Assembly (NCBI GenBank): GCA_964577595.1
Contig: CAZNZK010000003.1
Span: 4,261-68,260, forward strand
DNA: 64,000 nt
Direction of reading: 5' to 3'
Origin: an uncultured Candidatus Saccharibacteria bacterium
GTDB taxonomy: Bacteria > Patescibacteriota > Minisyncoccia > Phycocordibacterales > JAKAEA01
Made by a program: the position numbers and the translations under genes
Notes under the pieces: model-generated
Database searches by the model: none
What the model saw: only the letters and a program-made list of their open reading frames with translations
What the model was told of the DNA's origin: nothing
Shown: positions 1 through 9,429 of the stretch, in pieces
Layout: the number at the start of each line of letters is the position of its first letter
Numbering within the stretch: the first letter of the stretch is position 1

Positions 1-50
1 TCTCGTTAGGCTCATTCAAGGGAGGAATCCGCTGAAATAAAAAATAGATA

Positions 51-82
51 AAAATAAAATCACCTTTTGGTGATTTTATTTT
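51..82. terminator. Perfect 14-bp inverted repeat (aaaataaaatcacc/tttt/ggtgattttatttt), bidirectional terminator-like hairpin
   Basis: Perfect stem with A/T runs on both sides. Confidence 0.5.
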
Positions 83-331
83 ACTTCGAACCATTATCCG
101 CAAGGTGGACATGGTCATAGAAAGTTGGAACTCACTCCATCTGTGGGTTTTAGAGGCGTCTGAGGCGATTTTAGGGGTTCGGGAATTGAAAATAGCCTGA
201 TAAATCGGCGATAAAACCGGTCATCGGGGTCACAAGATGAGATTGGAATAATATCTAGTCTAGGTATAGACTGAACGTATCTTCAGAAGGAAAAGAAAAG
301 AATACTGTCCGGATAACAATTAAAATTATAA

Positions 332-589
332 ATGAATATTATGTTTGATTTTAGCAAGAAAATACAAAGACTAAGTAAGACAAAAATTCGAGCGGTCTCC
401 GATGTCGACCTTATTGTTGCGCTCGAAAAATTAAAACTTCTTGAAAAGATAAGTAAGGGTGAGATTAAGTGCATATACACGGGAGAGGTAATTACGTTAG
501 AAAACTTGCATGCAGTCATACCAACTGATGATGGGTTTAAATTTGTATCAGAAAACGCAGTAATTAGAGGGTTGGTCTCACCGGAATGA
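332..589 (+). CDS. hypothetical protein (85 aa), first gene of a two-gene island operon
   Basis: ORF whose stop overlaps the next start (ATGA at 586-589). No recognisable motif. Confidence 0.4.
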   Translation: MNIMFDFSKKIQRLSKTKIRAVSDVDLIVALEKLKLLEKISKGEIKCIYTGEVITLENLHAVIPTDDGFKFVSENAVIRGLVSPE

Positions 590-1665
590 TAAAAACCATC
601 TGGACATCACTGCATACTGTTTGGCATTTCTCTGAGCCTTATTTGGCTGCGCTGGCCGTATTGGGTGGGGCTTTGTATTTTCTCAGTCTGCTTATGGATG
701 TAGTGCCCAGACTTGCTTCGCTTAAGGCAAAATTTTTTGCTTGGTTTGCAAATACTTACAAGTATGAAGTATTCAAGCGTAAGGCCATAAGCAGTGATAT
801 TGAGGCTCTCGTCAATTCTATTGTTTTTAGTTTACAGGATGAATTGCCCAAGGGGTGGATAAAAAGAGCGTCGATTAAATGGGTAAGAGACATAACAAGA
901 AAAGACCAAGCGCCTCTGAATGAAATTATTTTAAGAATGAGGCCTATCGAAGACCAAAATACAAATCTGTTGTATAGCGTTCACGCTTTCTTCGGCGAGG
1001 CTTTGTTTCCTAAAATAGGCCATATTATTCCACTAAGTAAGAAAAACGCTGCCACGTTACTAATTACTCGACGAGCACTAGAAAGTCGAGGACCTTCTTT
1101 TAGGGACTTATTTGAGGAGCAATTATTAGAGAAAGCAATCCAGGAAAACTCTGATGTTCTAAGGGACTTTTCAAAATTCGAGAAATTAGACAATAAGGGA
1201 TTTTTCACTAGTGCATTGTTAAGAGAGGTGCATACCCTAACAAATCTGGCAAAATTTAATCCAATAAGAACCACTATCGATAATGAAATTAACTCGGTAA
1301 CAAAGCATATGCTGGACTTTTCGGGTGCACTTACTGGCCCTTCAGTTATTCCTGAGCCACTATGGTCCAGAAAAGGCCCGATAACAAATTACGCCTTTTT
1401 ATTGGTTGCAAGACCAGATAATAACGGCTCAAAAAATTATGTCCTGAGAGCAAAACAGAGATTTATAGAGGGTGTAACTAGACTCTATGTTCTCGCTAAG
1501 GAAGAGCAGCGTGATTTTGCTAAACAAGTAATAAAAGAGATAGGCAAATTGACTGAATGCAACCTTGAAGAAACATTTGAACTCAATAAAGACTACAGGT
1601 GTAATCAGGGTGGTCTGGGCGCAATCTTGACGGTAAGTCAGGGAGAACAACCCGCTACGAATTAA
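586..1665 (+). CDS. hypothetical protein (359 aa) with N-terminal transmembrane helix
   Basis: Long ORF translationally coupled to 332..589. N-terminal hydrophobic segment AALAVLGGALYFLSLL. No recognisable catalytic motif. Confidence 0.55.
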   Translation: MIKTIWTSLHTVWHFSEPYLAALAVLGGALYFLSLLMDVVPRLASLKAKFFAWFANTYKYEVFKRKAISSDIEALVNSIVFSLQDELPKGWIKRASIKWVRDITRKDQAPLNEIILRMRPIEDQNTNLLYSVHAFFGEALFPKIGHIIPLSKKNAATLLITRRALESRGPSFRDLFEEQLLEKAIQENSDVLRDFSKFEKLDNKGFFTSALLREVHTLTNLAKFNPIRTTIDNEINSVTKHMLDFSGALTGPSVIPEPLWSRKGPITNYAFLLVARPDNNGSKNYVLRAKQRFIEGVTRLYVLAKEEQRDFAKQVIKEIGKLTECNLEETFELNKDYRCNQGGLGAILTVSQGEQPATN

Positions 1666-2260
1666 AGGTTTTCCAAGCAATACGCACGTGTAGGATAAAT
1701 AAGACAGGGTTTGATACTGCATAACAGTATAAAAAGCAGTATAAGATTCACTTGTTAAACAGGCTAATAACAGGCGATAGCTCGCTGCTGAACAGTGTAA
1801 TAACAGCGTAAAGGCAACCGATTAAAACGGTGAATAATCGGTTAGGGAACGGTTTGAACTATCTTCCCAGCTAAACTAGCTAATAACTGGTGCTAAATAG
1901 CGAAATCGACAACGGAAAGGTTACCAAATAAATTGGTGGGTAATTGACTGAGGAACAGGCCAAGAACAGGCATCCGCTGCAACTGCTCATCAGTTAAATA
2001 ACAGTTAAAACCCGTGCCGCACACTTGAATTAAGGTCCTATTTGTGGGACTATTGGCTTACAACTAAATATGGAGAGTAGCCTAAACTAGCAAGCGATTG
2101 CTAGCATGGTGAAAAAGTCAGGACGTGCATAAAGAACCCATCATGGGGTCGCATGTCCTGCCACATCGGGAAACTGGTGTGAGTGGCTCCGGCTACTACC
2201 CGTGGTGGGCTTTTTGTAAGCTTGCTACGGGTATCTATAAGCTAAGTAGCTATAAATACC
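1666..2260. repeat. 600-bp non-coding region with repeated (A/T)AATAACAG / GAACAG motifs and several perfect hairpins; candidate origin/regulatory region or ncRNA
   Basis: No ORF of 60 aa or more on + strand. The 5-mer AACAG occurs 8 times; four copies sit in ...ATAACAG... context. Hairpins include aaccgatta/taatcggtt, ctagcaa/ttgctag and caggacgtgc/gcatgtcctg. A GC-rich stem plus T-run (..cccgtggtgggctttttgt) lies just before the next gene. Confidence 0.4.
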
Positions 2261-3094
2261 ATGTTCAATTTTTTTCATAGCGTTTTGTCTGCAGTGGGAA
2301 TGTTTATTATTTCTGTTGGCTTATTTTTTACAGGCTCTAGTGGGGTATCAAACAAAGTTGTTAATTTATCTGTTGTAAGCACTTCTACACAACAAATTGA
2401 GGTAGTTGCTACATCAAGTCAGAAAAGTGAAATTGGAGTTGATTCTTCTGTAAAAACTCCACCACAGCCTATCTCTAATACTATTTCAGTGCCACCACCA
2501 GTGGTTCCTAAAGAGACTCTAGTAAACTATCTACCTGCTTATCTAGGTTTTCTCAATTCGCAAAAAGATTTTTTTACTAAACAAAGAAGTATTCTAGACC
2601 CCTTAATCTCTGATGCACAAAGTAAATCAAATTCTTACGACATACAGGCAAGTTATTTTAGTGGGTTAACGGGCCAAGGACTTGCTGAACAGATATATCA
2701 AAGTTTTTCCAAATTAAGTAACGATACATCGCAATTATATATAGGTTCAATAGCGTCATTAAAAGCAAGACAGTCTCTAGACGATGATGTTATTAATACG
2801 ATTAATACTGAAGAAAACAATGATTCAGGATTGTTTTTATCGTCTGATGAATACACGACTAAATATAATTCAAGTAAAACTTATCTTAGTAATCAATACA
2901 ATCTAATTATGGGTGAGATAAGTGAAGCTGGAAATGCATATTTTGCACAAGATAAGGGGGCTAGAGATAACGAGGCTCAGCTACTCGGTCAATTACAGTC
3001 TTTGACCACAGCTCCTAGTCCGGTTTATTTACAACCGCCAACCCCGAAAATAACTATCTGTAACTTTTCAGGAAACGCTTTTATTTGCAACTAG
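2261..3094 (+). CDS. hypothetical membrane-anchored protein (277 aa), S/T/Q-rich
   Basis: ORF with an N-terminal TM segment (FIISVGLFFTG) followed by low-complexity Ser/Thr/Asn-rich sequence. Confidence 0.5.
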   Translation: MFNFFHSVLSAVGMFIISVGLFFTGSSGVSNKVVNLSVVSTSTQQIEVVATSSQKSEIGVDSSVKTPPQPISNTISVPPPVVPKETLVNYLPAYLGFLNSQKDFFTKQRSILDPLISDAQSKSNSYDIQASYFSGLTGQGLAEQIYQSFSKLSNDTSQLYIGSIASLKARQSLDDDVINTINTEENNDSGLFLSSDEYTTKYNSSKTYLSNQYNLIMGEISEAGNAYFAQDKGARDNEAQLLGQLQSLTTAPSPVYLQPPTPKITICNFSGNAFICN

Positions 3095-3107
3095 TTTTTT
3101 ACAAAAT

Positions 3108-3383
3108 ATGGGAGACTTAATTAAGGTGGGAATTGTTATTGTTTTAGCAAACTGGTTTAAAATATTAGTAGCAATATTACTTATTGTGGCGTGTGTTTAT
3201 TTGGCCAATATAAACAGTTCGCTAGGTGAATTAGACTATCAACTTATTCGGGTCGGAAATATGGCTAGCTACACTAGCGATAATACGTCTGGTATAGATG
3301 ATATCAAGTCAGATGTTTCCGATATAAAAGACAGCGTGTCTAATATAGAATATAGACTACAATATCCATCAATTCTTCGTTAG
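3108..3383 (+). CDS. hypothetical small membrane protein (91 aa)
   Basis: ORF with one strong TM helix (VGIVIVLANWFKILVAILLIVACVYL). Confidence 0.4.
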   Translation: MGDLIKVGIVIVLANWFKILVAILLIVACVYLANINSSLGELDYQLIRVGNMASYTSDNTSGIDDIKSDVSDIKDSVSNIEYRLQYPSILR

Positions 3384-3418
3384 TTGATTGAAAAAACCGT
3401 AAAAGAGAGTAAGTTTAG

Positions 3419-4168
3419 GTGACGGATATGGCACCTCTTGAACGCCTCAGTCCCAGCAATTTTTTTGCAGTCTGCGATGTTGCTATGGACATAAGAGAGA
3501 AACTACAAATGGTTATTGACAACACCGTTGTTATTCCCGTTATGCGGACAATCATAAGGGGTCAATTTAGTATTCTCCTACCCGCAAAAAGTGTAGAGCT
3601 AGTGGACAATTATTGTGAGCTACGATTGACCGCTATAAATTATATAAAGAGCCAAGGTTGTATTAAGGAAACGATACTACTTCGGTCTCATCAAAGATGG
3701 AGTGATAACATTAAAATAATTGTCGATAAGGACGCCTTTAATAAGTTCTATGACCAATTAATAAAGGTCTATGAAGTTAGGGTTGTTGAGCCAAATAAGA
3801 AACAAAAACAACAAGAACAAGGTGTTGTTTCTGGTCTGGAACAAAGTCCATTGCCCGTAATCTCCTACAATTCAATTACTGGTATGGGAATGACAAACAC
3901 AAAGAAATTTAAATTTAAAGACCCTAAACCTGAGTATAGGTTGTTCAAGCTACTCTTTGAGGGTTTAAACAAAAAAGTGTATCGTTATGATGTTTTAGTT
4001 GCAATTTGTTTTTATGAGGATGGTGAAGACCAAGACCCTGCTCGTCATGGTGCAGAAACTGAAAAAATCAATGATGTGGTCAAAAAAATAAGAGAAAAAA
4101 CTGGCTTAACCAGAACGCAGCTGGTAATTAATGGCGGCAATTTAACTTTGTTGGGTAGCAAACAATAA
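3419..4168 (+). CDS. hypothetical protein (249 aa), Lys-rich C-terminal half, possible DNA-binding/regulatory protein of the island
   Basis: ORF only. Basic C-terminal region (KKFKFKDPKPEYRLFKLLFEGLNKKVYRY). No confident domain assignment. Confidence 0.45.
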   Translation: MTDMAPLERLSPSNFFAVCDVAMDIREKLQMVIDNTVVIPVMRTIIRGQFSILLPAKSVELVDNYCELRLTAINYIKSQGCIKETILLRSHQRWSDNIKIIVDKDAFNKFYDQLIKVYEVRVVEPNKKQKQQEQGVVSGLEQSPLPVISYNSITGMGMTNTKKFKFKDPKPEYRLFKLLFEGLNKKVYRYDVLVAICFYEDGEDQDPARHGAETEKINDVVKKIREKTGLTRTQLVINGGNLTLLGSKQ

Positions 4169-4369
4169 ATCTACCAAAACTACCCCAAACTTACCCCAAA
4201 CCACCCCTAAATTTGATTGCTTGAGAAAGATAGGCTTAATCCAGCCTATTTTTTATTTGGTTAAATCTTGAACGTGATAAGTCTTTTGTTTACTTGGTGG
4301 GTTGTCCAACAGGGCGTTCAAGAACCTGCCAAGTGAAGAGTAGATTTATTAGTTAAGTCTATTTAATTT

Positions 4370-4591
4370 ATGGAAGGACAAATTACATGGAAAGCTGATG
4401 TGAAAAATTATCTTCTCATCACAATCAAGCTTGAGAATAGTGATAGTGGCAAGACGTATGTTGTCAAAGGATTTAAGAATGAGCCTCATTGGAGGCAACT
4501 CAAGATTGGAGACCGCATTGGTGGACTGGTTTGGTTTAACGAAAAGAAAAAAATCATCAGTGCCGATTCCCCAATCTATCCTCTAGATTGA
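4370..4591 (+). CDS. hypothetical protein (73 aa)
   Basis: ORF with a TGA stop that overlaps the next ORF. Confidence 0.35.
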   Translation: MEGQITWKADVKNYLLITIKLENSDSGKTYVVKGFKNEPHWRQLKIGDRIGGLVWFNEKKKIISADSPIYPLD

Positions 4592-4596
4592 TTTTT

Positions 4597-4833
4597 ATGT
4601 TGAGTATAGAAGAGTGTAAAAAGTATCTCGGTAATAATCTTACTGACAAGCAAATCGAAAATTTGCGAGGTGCTTTATATACTCTGGTCGAAAATATACT
4701 TGACGATTATTTTGCTCATTATGCTAGCATTGAGTCATGCAAAAATCTCTCATCTACTGCAGAGTCTCTTCTCAGCGTCAAAAAATTGAAGGACACGGTC
4801 TTGAAAGCCAGGAACACCGCTGTCAACAATTAG
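4597..4833 (+). CDS. hypothetical small protein, weak resemblance to phage gp6-like head-tail connector N-terminus; may be a remnant
   Basis: ATG at 4597 (MLSIEECKKYLGNNLTDKQIENLRGALYTLVENILDDYF). Overlaps the recombinase start by about 97 bp in another frame, so it may be degenerate. Confidence 0.25.
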   Translation: MLSIEECKKYLGNNLTDKQIENLRGALYTLVENILDDYFAHYASIESCKNLSSTAESLLSVKKLKDTVLKARNTAVNN

Positions 4834-6311
4834 CCGACCAGAAAGGTTACGAGGTAGAAAAAGTATTTAGAGATAGCTTCACTGGAAAAGGTGATTTCTT
4901 TGCCCGCCCAGCAATGGCTGAGCTATTGCGCTATCTCGATGCTCATCCTAGAGATTCCTACGTGGTTATTTTTGATGACTTGAAGCGGTTCGCCAGAGAT
5001 GTGGTCTTTCACTGGAAGCTAAAACAAGAATTTAGTTCCCGTGGCATCAAACTCGAATGTCTCAATTTTACCTTTGAAGATACGCCTGAGGGGAGATTCA
5101 TTGAAACAATTATGGCGGGGCAGGGGCAGCTTGAACGTGAACAAAACCGCAGACAGGTGCTGCAGAAAATGAAAGCGAGGTTGGAGGCGGGGTATTGGTG
5201 TTTTCCAGACTTGCCAGAAGGCTACGAGTTTATTAAAAGCCCTGTGCATGGCAAATTACCCGTTCTGGTGCAGCCTAAGGCGGCAATAGTGAAAGAGGCG
5301 CTTGAGAGTTTTGCCTCAGGGAGATTAATGGAGCAGGAGGATGTGCGAAAATTCCTAGAGCAAAAAGATATACGAGACGGTAAGCCCGTTTATCTTGATT
5401 ATGTAAAGAGGATGCTTATGAGAATCTTCTATACGGGCTATATCGAATACCCACTCTGGGAGGTGAGTAGGAGACAGGCTAGACACGAGGCCTTAATTGA
5501 TTCGGCAACATATGACCGCATTCAAGAGCGATTGAATGGCAAAACCACCACTCATACTAAAAATTATCTCAATCCTGATTTTCCACTACGCAGCTTTGTT
5601 CTTTGCTCGACATGTAAACAACCAATGACGGCAAGCTGGAGCACTGGTAGCAACGCCAAATTCGCTTATTACCGCTGTAAAACAAAAGGGTGCATAGAAC
5701 GGAACAAGAGTGTGGCTAAGGGGGTTATAGAGGGTGAGTTTGAGTCAATTCTAGGCAAAATAAATCCAAGCAGTGAAGTTCTGAATCTGACCAAAGCAAT
5801 TATTGCGGATGTGTGGCAGAAGAAAATTGCTAACCGTGTAAATGAGAAGAAAGAAATAGAGCAGAAGATTCAGAGATTGATTTCCGAAAAGGAAAAACTA
5901 GTTGGACTAGCTCTGAGGGCTGCTGACGACGGAGTGAGAATGGCATACGAAGAAAAAATATCGGAAATAGTCGGAATAAGCAGAGTTCTAAATAATTCTC
6001 TAGAGTCCTTTGATAGACATGTCCCAAACGTTGAAACCGCATTGAATATCGTATTCGACTTCTTAAAAAATCCTTTGAAACAATGGCAGAAGGGGAATAT
6101 CCATACCAAAAAGCTAGTTCTAAGACTAGTGTTTGAGCAGAATTTGGCATACAGCCGAAAAACTGGGTTTGAAACTGCTATTTTGTCGCTACCTCTAAGG
6201 GTATTTGGCCTCCCAGAGGCTCAAAAATCGATGCTAGTGGAGATGCGCGGAATCGAACCGCGGTGCAGGAGGGATTCAATGGATGATTCTACAGCGTGTA
6301 GCTGCCTTTGA
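4737..6311 (+). CDS. large serine recombinase / integrase
   Basis: N-terminal resolvase catalytic domain (MQKSLIYCRVSSQRQ..SLESQ). Recombinase domain present. Zinc-ribbon (CSTCKQPM...YYRCKTKGC) and coiled-coil C-terminus. The last about 25 codons are antisense of the tmRNA T-arm (..MRGIEPRC..), i.e. the ORF crosses the attachment junction. Confidence 0.9.
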   Translation: MQKSLIYCRVSSQRQKIEGHGLESQEHRCQQLADQKGYEVEKVFRDSFTGKGDFFARPAMAELLRYLDAHPRDSYVVIFDDLKRFARDVVFHWKLKQEFSSRGIKLECLNFTFEDTPEGRFIETIMAGQGQLEREQNRRQVLQKMKARLEAGYWCFPDLPEGYEFIKSPVHGKLPVLVQPKAAIVKEALESFASGRLMEQEDVRKFLEQKDIRDGKPVYLDYVKRMLMRIFYTGYIEYPLWEVSRRQARHEALIDSATYDRIQERLNGKTTTHTKNYLNPDFPLRSFVLCSTCKQPMTASWSTGSNAKFAYYRCKTKGCIERNKSVAKGVIEGEFESILGKINPSSEVLNLTKAIIADVWQKKIANRVNEKKEIEQKIQRLISEKEKLVGLALRAADDGVRMAYEEKISEIVGISRVLNNSLESFDRHVPNVETALNIVFDFLKNPLKQWQKGNIHTKKLVLRLVFEQNLAYSRKTGFETAILSLPLRVFGLPEAQKSMLVEMRGIEPRCRRDSMDDSTACSCL

Positions 6312-6650
6312 TCGGCGCATCACTTTTTGCAAAGTGGTACCCCATTTAAGCCTTACGGGTAAGAAAGAAGCAAAATTCCCGGAAGGCCGAGTCGCTTATT
6401 TCGGCAGGCGGCGCGACAGGCGCTTGCTATATTCCGAGTATGAGCATCGGGATGTGACTGATCGGACATCAATCACGCGATGTCGCTTAGGCCGTAGCGT
6501 AAGCGAATGCAGGGATCCCCTTAAAATAAGGAGAAGCTACTGCACCAAGTGCGTTTTTGGCACTTAAAAGGTTTGTGGCAGATTAAGGAGTTACCACAGC
6601 TCCACGTCGCTCATCCAAAGAGCAAACTCCTGTCTAGGCCGATCATCCCC
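6238..6650 (-). ncRNA. ssrA: tmRNA (ssrA)
   Basis: On the minus strand: 5' GGGGATGATCGGCCTAGACAGG... and 3' ...CGCGGTTCGATTCCGCGCATCTCCA (T-arm plus acceptor strand pairing with 5' GGGGATG). CCA is not encoded; the next bases are CTA. Adjacent to smpB. A candidate tag frame ends ...AFAYATA-TAA, but this is uncertain without a covariance model. Confidence 0.75.
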
Positions 6651-6788
6651 CAGAAAGGCGCAAGAAAATTCTTGTGCGTTTGTGGCGGAAGATTTCCCGA
6701 CAGTATGTAATTTTCAAAGACCCACTATCACTACGAGCGGGGCACTGAAAAGTGTCACTCGCGGACACTGTTCAAAAGTGGTGCTCCA

Positions 6789-7250
6789 CTACCTATCGCT
6801 AAATTCGCGGCGAATATTTCGCTCGGTGTCGCGCTTTTTGGTGGCTTGGCGCTTATCAAATTGTTTCTTGCCACGCGCCAAGGCGATATCCATCTTCAAC
6901 TTCCGGCCTTTATTATACACTGAAATAGGTACGATTGTCAACCCTTTTTGAGAGCCACTGCCAACGCCGGCCAGGCGCTTGAGTTCGGCTTGCGTAAGCA
7001 GAAGCTTGCGAGCGCGGTCACTACCAGCGTCGCTATTGCCGCCAGCAATATTGCCGGGTTGGTAGACCGGAATATCCATTTTTTCCAGCCAGGCTTCACC
7101 AGCGCGCAGGAGTACGTAGGCACCATCTAGGGAGCCGCGGCCAGCTCGGAGGGATTTTACTTCCGCACCCAAGAGTTCTATCCCAGCCTCAAAATGCTCC
7201 ACGAATTCGTAGTTGAAGCTCGCTTTGCGGTTGAAAATAAGGCTAGCCAT
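6789..7250 (-). CDS. smpB: SsrA-binding protein SmpB
   Basis: Translation MASLIFNRKASFNYEFVEHFEAGIELLGAEVKSLRAG... matches the SmpB family. Adjacent to tmRNA. Confidence 0.9.
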   Translation of the reverse strand: MASLIFNRKASFNYEFVEHFEAGIELLGAEVKSLRAGRGSLDGAYVLLRAGEAWLEKMDIPVYQPGNIAGGNSDAGSDRARKLLLTQAELKRLAGVGSGSQKGLTIVPISVYNKGRKLKMDIALARGKKQFDKRQATKKRDTERNIRREFSDR

Positions 7251-7317
7251 TGGTTGTTTTTGCGCGCGTATGTCTATCCTAGCAAATCTCGGGCTAATAT
7301 TGTAGAATGATGCTCCT

Positions 7318-9357
7318 ATGAAAGAACCTATCTCTGACGAACAACTTGATGAAATTCAATTGGAAGAGGAGGAGACTGATGCGGAAATAGAAAACCAAGA
7401 AGAAGAAAACGCCGAGCCGCAACAGCCTGTGCCGGGCTCGCAATTGCCGCCACCTCAAAAAAGCGGCCCACGCCCGCCAAATATGCGGCCAACCAATCAA
7501 TTCATCCGCAACCTGCTTACTGGTTTGTTCATCCTGCTTCTTATCGTGAGTGTGTATTCGCTCATTGTCGGCAACACTGGCTCCAAAAGTACACAAATTC
7601 CACTCTCGCAGGTTGCTACTGATATTACTGCCGGAAAGGTCACGGAAATTGACGTCAACGGTGATAATTTGACCGTGCATTACGACACCACGAATACATT
7701 AGTGAAAGATTCGCAGAAAGAAGACCAAAGCGCGCTTACTGATCAGCTTTCTTCACTCGGTGTGCCTACAAAAAATATTTCCGCGCTTACCATTAACATT
7801 GAAAGCCCAAGTGGCTGGAGCTATTGGCTGAATAATGTGGTTCTGCCATATATTCTGCCGCTGGTAGTGCTTTTGGCGCTGGCTTGGTTTATCACTCGGC
7901 AAATGCGTGGCGCGGGTATGCAAGCATTTACGTTCGGGCAGTCTAAGGCGCGCATTATTTCACCCGACGACACTAAGCAACGTGTCACGTTTAAAGATGT
8001 GGCCGGTGCAAAGGAGGCAAAGGAAGAATTAATGGAGATTGTGGATTTTTTGAAGAATCCGAAAAAGTTTATTGAGATTGGCGCGCGTATTCCGAAAGGC
8101 ATTCTTCTTATGGGGCCGCCAGGAAGTGGTAAGACGCTTTTGGCCCGGGCTGTCAGTGGGGAAGCACGCGTGGCCTTCTTCTCTATTTCCGGTTCTGAAT
8201 TCGTGGAAATGTTCGTGGGTGTTGGTGCCTCGCGTGTGCGCGACCTTTTCAAGCTGGCCAAACAAGCCGCTCCAGCCATTATTTTCGTAGATGAAATTGA
8301 CGCAGTAGGCCGGGTGCGCGGCACTGGCGTGGGTGGTGGCAACGATGAGCGCGAGCAAACCCTCAATCAAATTCTTGTTGAAATGGACGGCTTTGAGCCG
8401 AATGAAAAGGTCATTGTTATGGCCGCCACCAACCGGCCCGATGTTCTTGACCCAGCCCTTCTGCGCCCTGGTCGCTTTGACCGTCGCGTGGTTATTGATT
8501 TACCCGACAGACAGGATCGTTTTGATATTTTGCGCATTCATTCGCGCATGAAGCCTTTTGCTGAAGATGTGAACTTGGAGGTAATTGCTGAGCGCACGCC
8601 GGGCTTTAGCGGTGCCGACCTTTACTCGCTTATGAACGAAGGCGCTATTTTGGCGGCTCGCGAAAATCGCACCAAGGTTTCCCAATACGACCTTATCCGT
8701 TCTATTGAAAAGGTGATGCTTGGACCGGAGCGTAAGAGTCACATTTTGAGCCGCAAAGAAAAAGAAATTACCGCTTATCACGAAGCCGGTCACGCGGTAG
8801 TTGCTTCTGTTTTGCCACACGCTGACCCTGTTCATAAAATTTCTATTATTTCTCGTGGCCGAGCCGCTGGCTACACGCTGAAGCTCCCGCTTGAGGACCG
8901 CAAGCTCCAGTCGCGTCGCGAATTTTTGGACGACATTGCCATGTCACTTGGCGGTTATGTCACCGAAAAAATGATTTTTGGCGACATCACCACCGGCCCT
9001 TCCAACGACCTCCAGGTTTCCACGGCCATGGCTCGCGACATGGTTACTCGCTATGGCATGAGCGACAAGCTTGGCGCTATTGCTCTTGAAGGTGCCGACG
9101 GCCGGGCCCTTTTTGGCCGCGGCGTTGAGGATAGGGAGCACTCCGAAAAAGTCGCCAGCGACATTGACGGCGAAGTTTCTCGCATCATGAGCGAAGGCCT
9201 CCAGCGCGCCGAAGACATCATTAAAAAGAATCGCAAGCTCCTGGACACTATCGCCAGGCGCCTCATTGCGGTGGAAACTATTGAGCGCCAGGAATTTGAC
9301 CAAATACTCGTCGTTCATGGTATCCAGCCCAAGAAAAAAATAGAAGGAAATGTCTAG
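7318..9357 (+). CDS. ftsH: ATP-dependent zinc metalloprotease FtsH
   Basis: N-terminal TM segments, AAA+ Walker A GPPGSGKT, second region of homology, and the HEAGH zinc motif. Confidence 0.95.
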   Translation: MKEPISDEQLDEIQLEEEETDAEIENQEEENAEPQQPVPGSQLPPPQKSGPRPPNMRPTNQFIRNLLTGLFILLLIVSVYSLIVGNTGSKSTQIPLSQVATDITAGKVTEIDVNGDNLTVHYDTTNTLVKDSQKEDQSALTDQLSSLGVPTKNISALTINIESPSGWSYWLNNVVLPYILPLVVLLALAWFITRQMRGAGMQAFTFGQSKARIISPDDTKQRVTFKDVAGAKEAKEELMEIVDFLKNPKKFIEIGARIPKGILLMGPPGSGKTLLARAVSGEARVAFFSISGSEFVEMFVGVGASRVRDLFKLAKQAAPAIIFVDEIDAVGRVRGTGVGGGNDEREQTLNQILVEMDGFEPNEKVIVMAATNRPDVLDPALLRPGRFDRRVVIDLPDRQDRFDILRIHSRMKPFAEDVNLEVIAERTPGFSGADLYSLMNEGAILAARENRTKVSQYDLIRSIEKVMLGPERKSHILSRKEKEITAYHEAGHAVVASVLPHADPVHKISIISRGRAAGYTLKLPLEDRKLQSRREFLDDIAMSLGGYVTEKMIFGDITTGPSNDLQVSTAMARDMVTRYGMSDKLGAIALEGADGRALFGRGVEDREHSEKVASDIDGEVSRIMSEGLQRAEDIIKKNRKLLDTIARRLIAVETIERQEFDQILVVHGIQPKKKIEGNV

Positions 9358-9429
9358 TTGCCTCTAGCGGCGCTTACTTGTATACTGCCGCCGGCTGTAT
9401 GATTGAATACCTTTGAAAGGAGGTTTTTC

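Larger units (their letters stand above)
1..6311 (+). mobile_element. Integrated genomic island / prophage remnant inserted at the 3' end of ssrA (tmRNA); left end probably lies upstream of the window
   Basis: Block is visibly AT-richer than the flanking chromosome. All genes are co-oriented. It ends in a large serine recombinase whose ORF overlaps the tmRNA 3' T-arm on the opposite strand. smpB lies immediately beyond. Confidence 0.6.

Noticed and set aside
1-330. Second attachment-site copy of the ssrA 3' end at the left edge of the island
   Set aside because: Only a 7-nt coincidence (tcgaacc at about 77) with the tmRNA T-arm. This is not convincing. The left junction is probably outside the window.
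7821-9318. Several 70-180 aa ORFs on the minus strand and alternative + frames inside ftsH
   Set aside because: Embedded in a strongly supported, motif-rich ftsH reading frame. Compositionally biased (Pro/Arg/Ala-rich), as expected for GC-rich off-frames.
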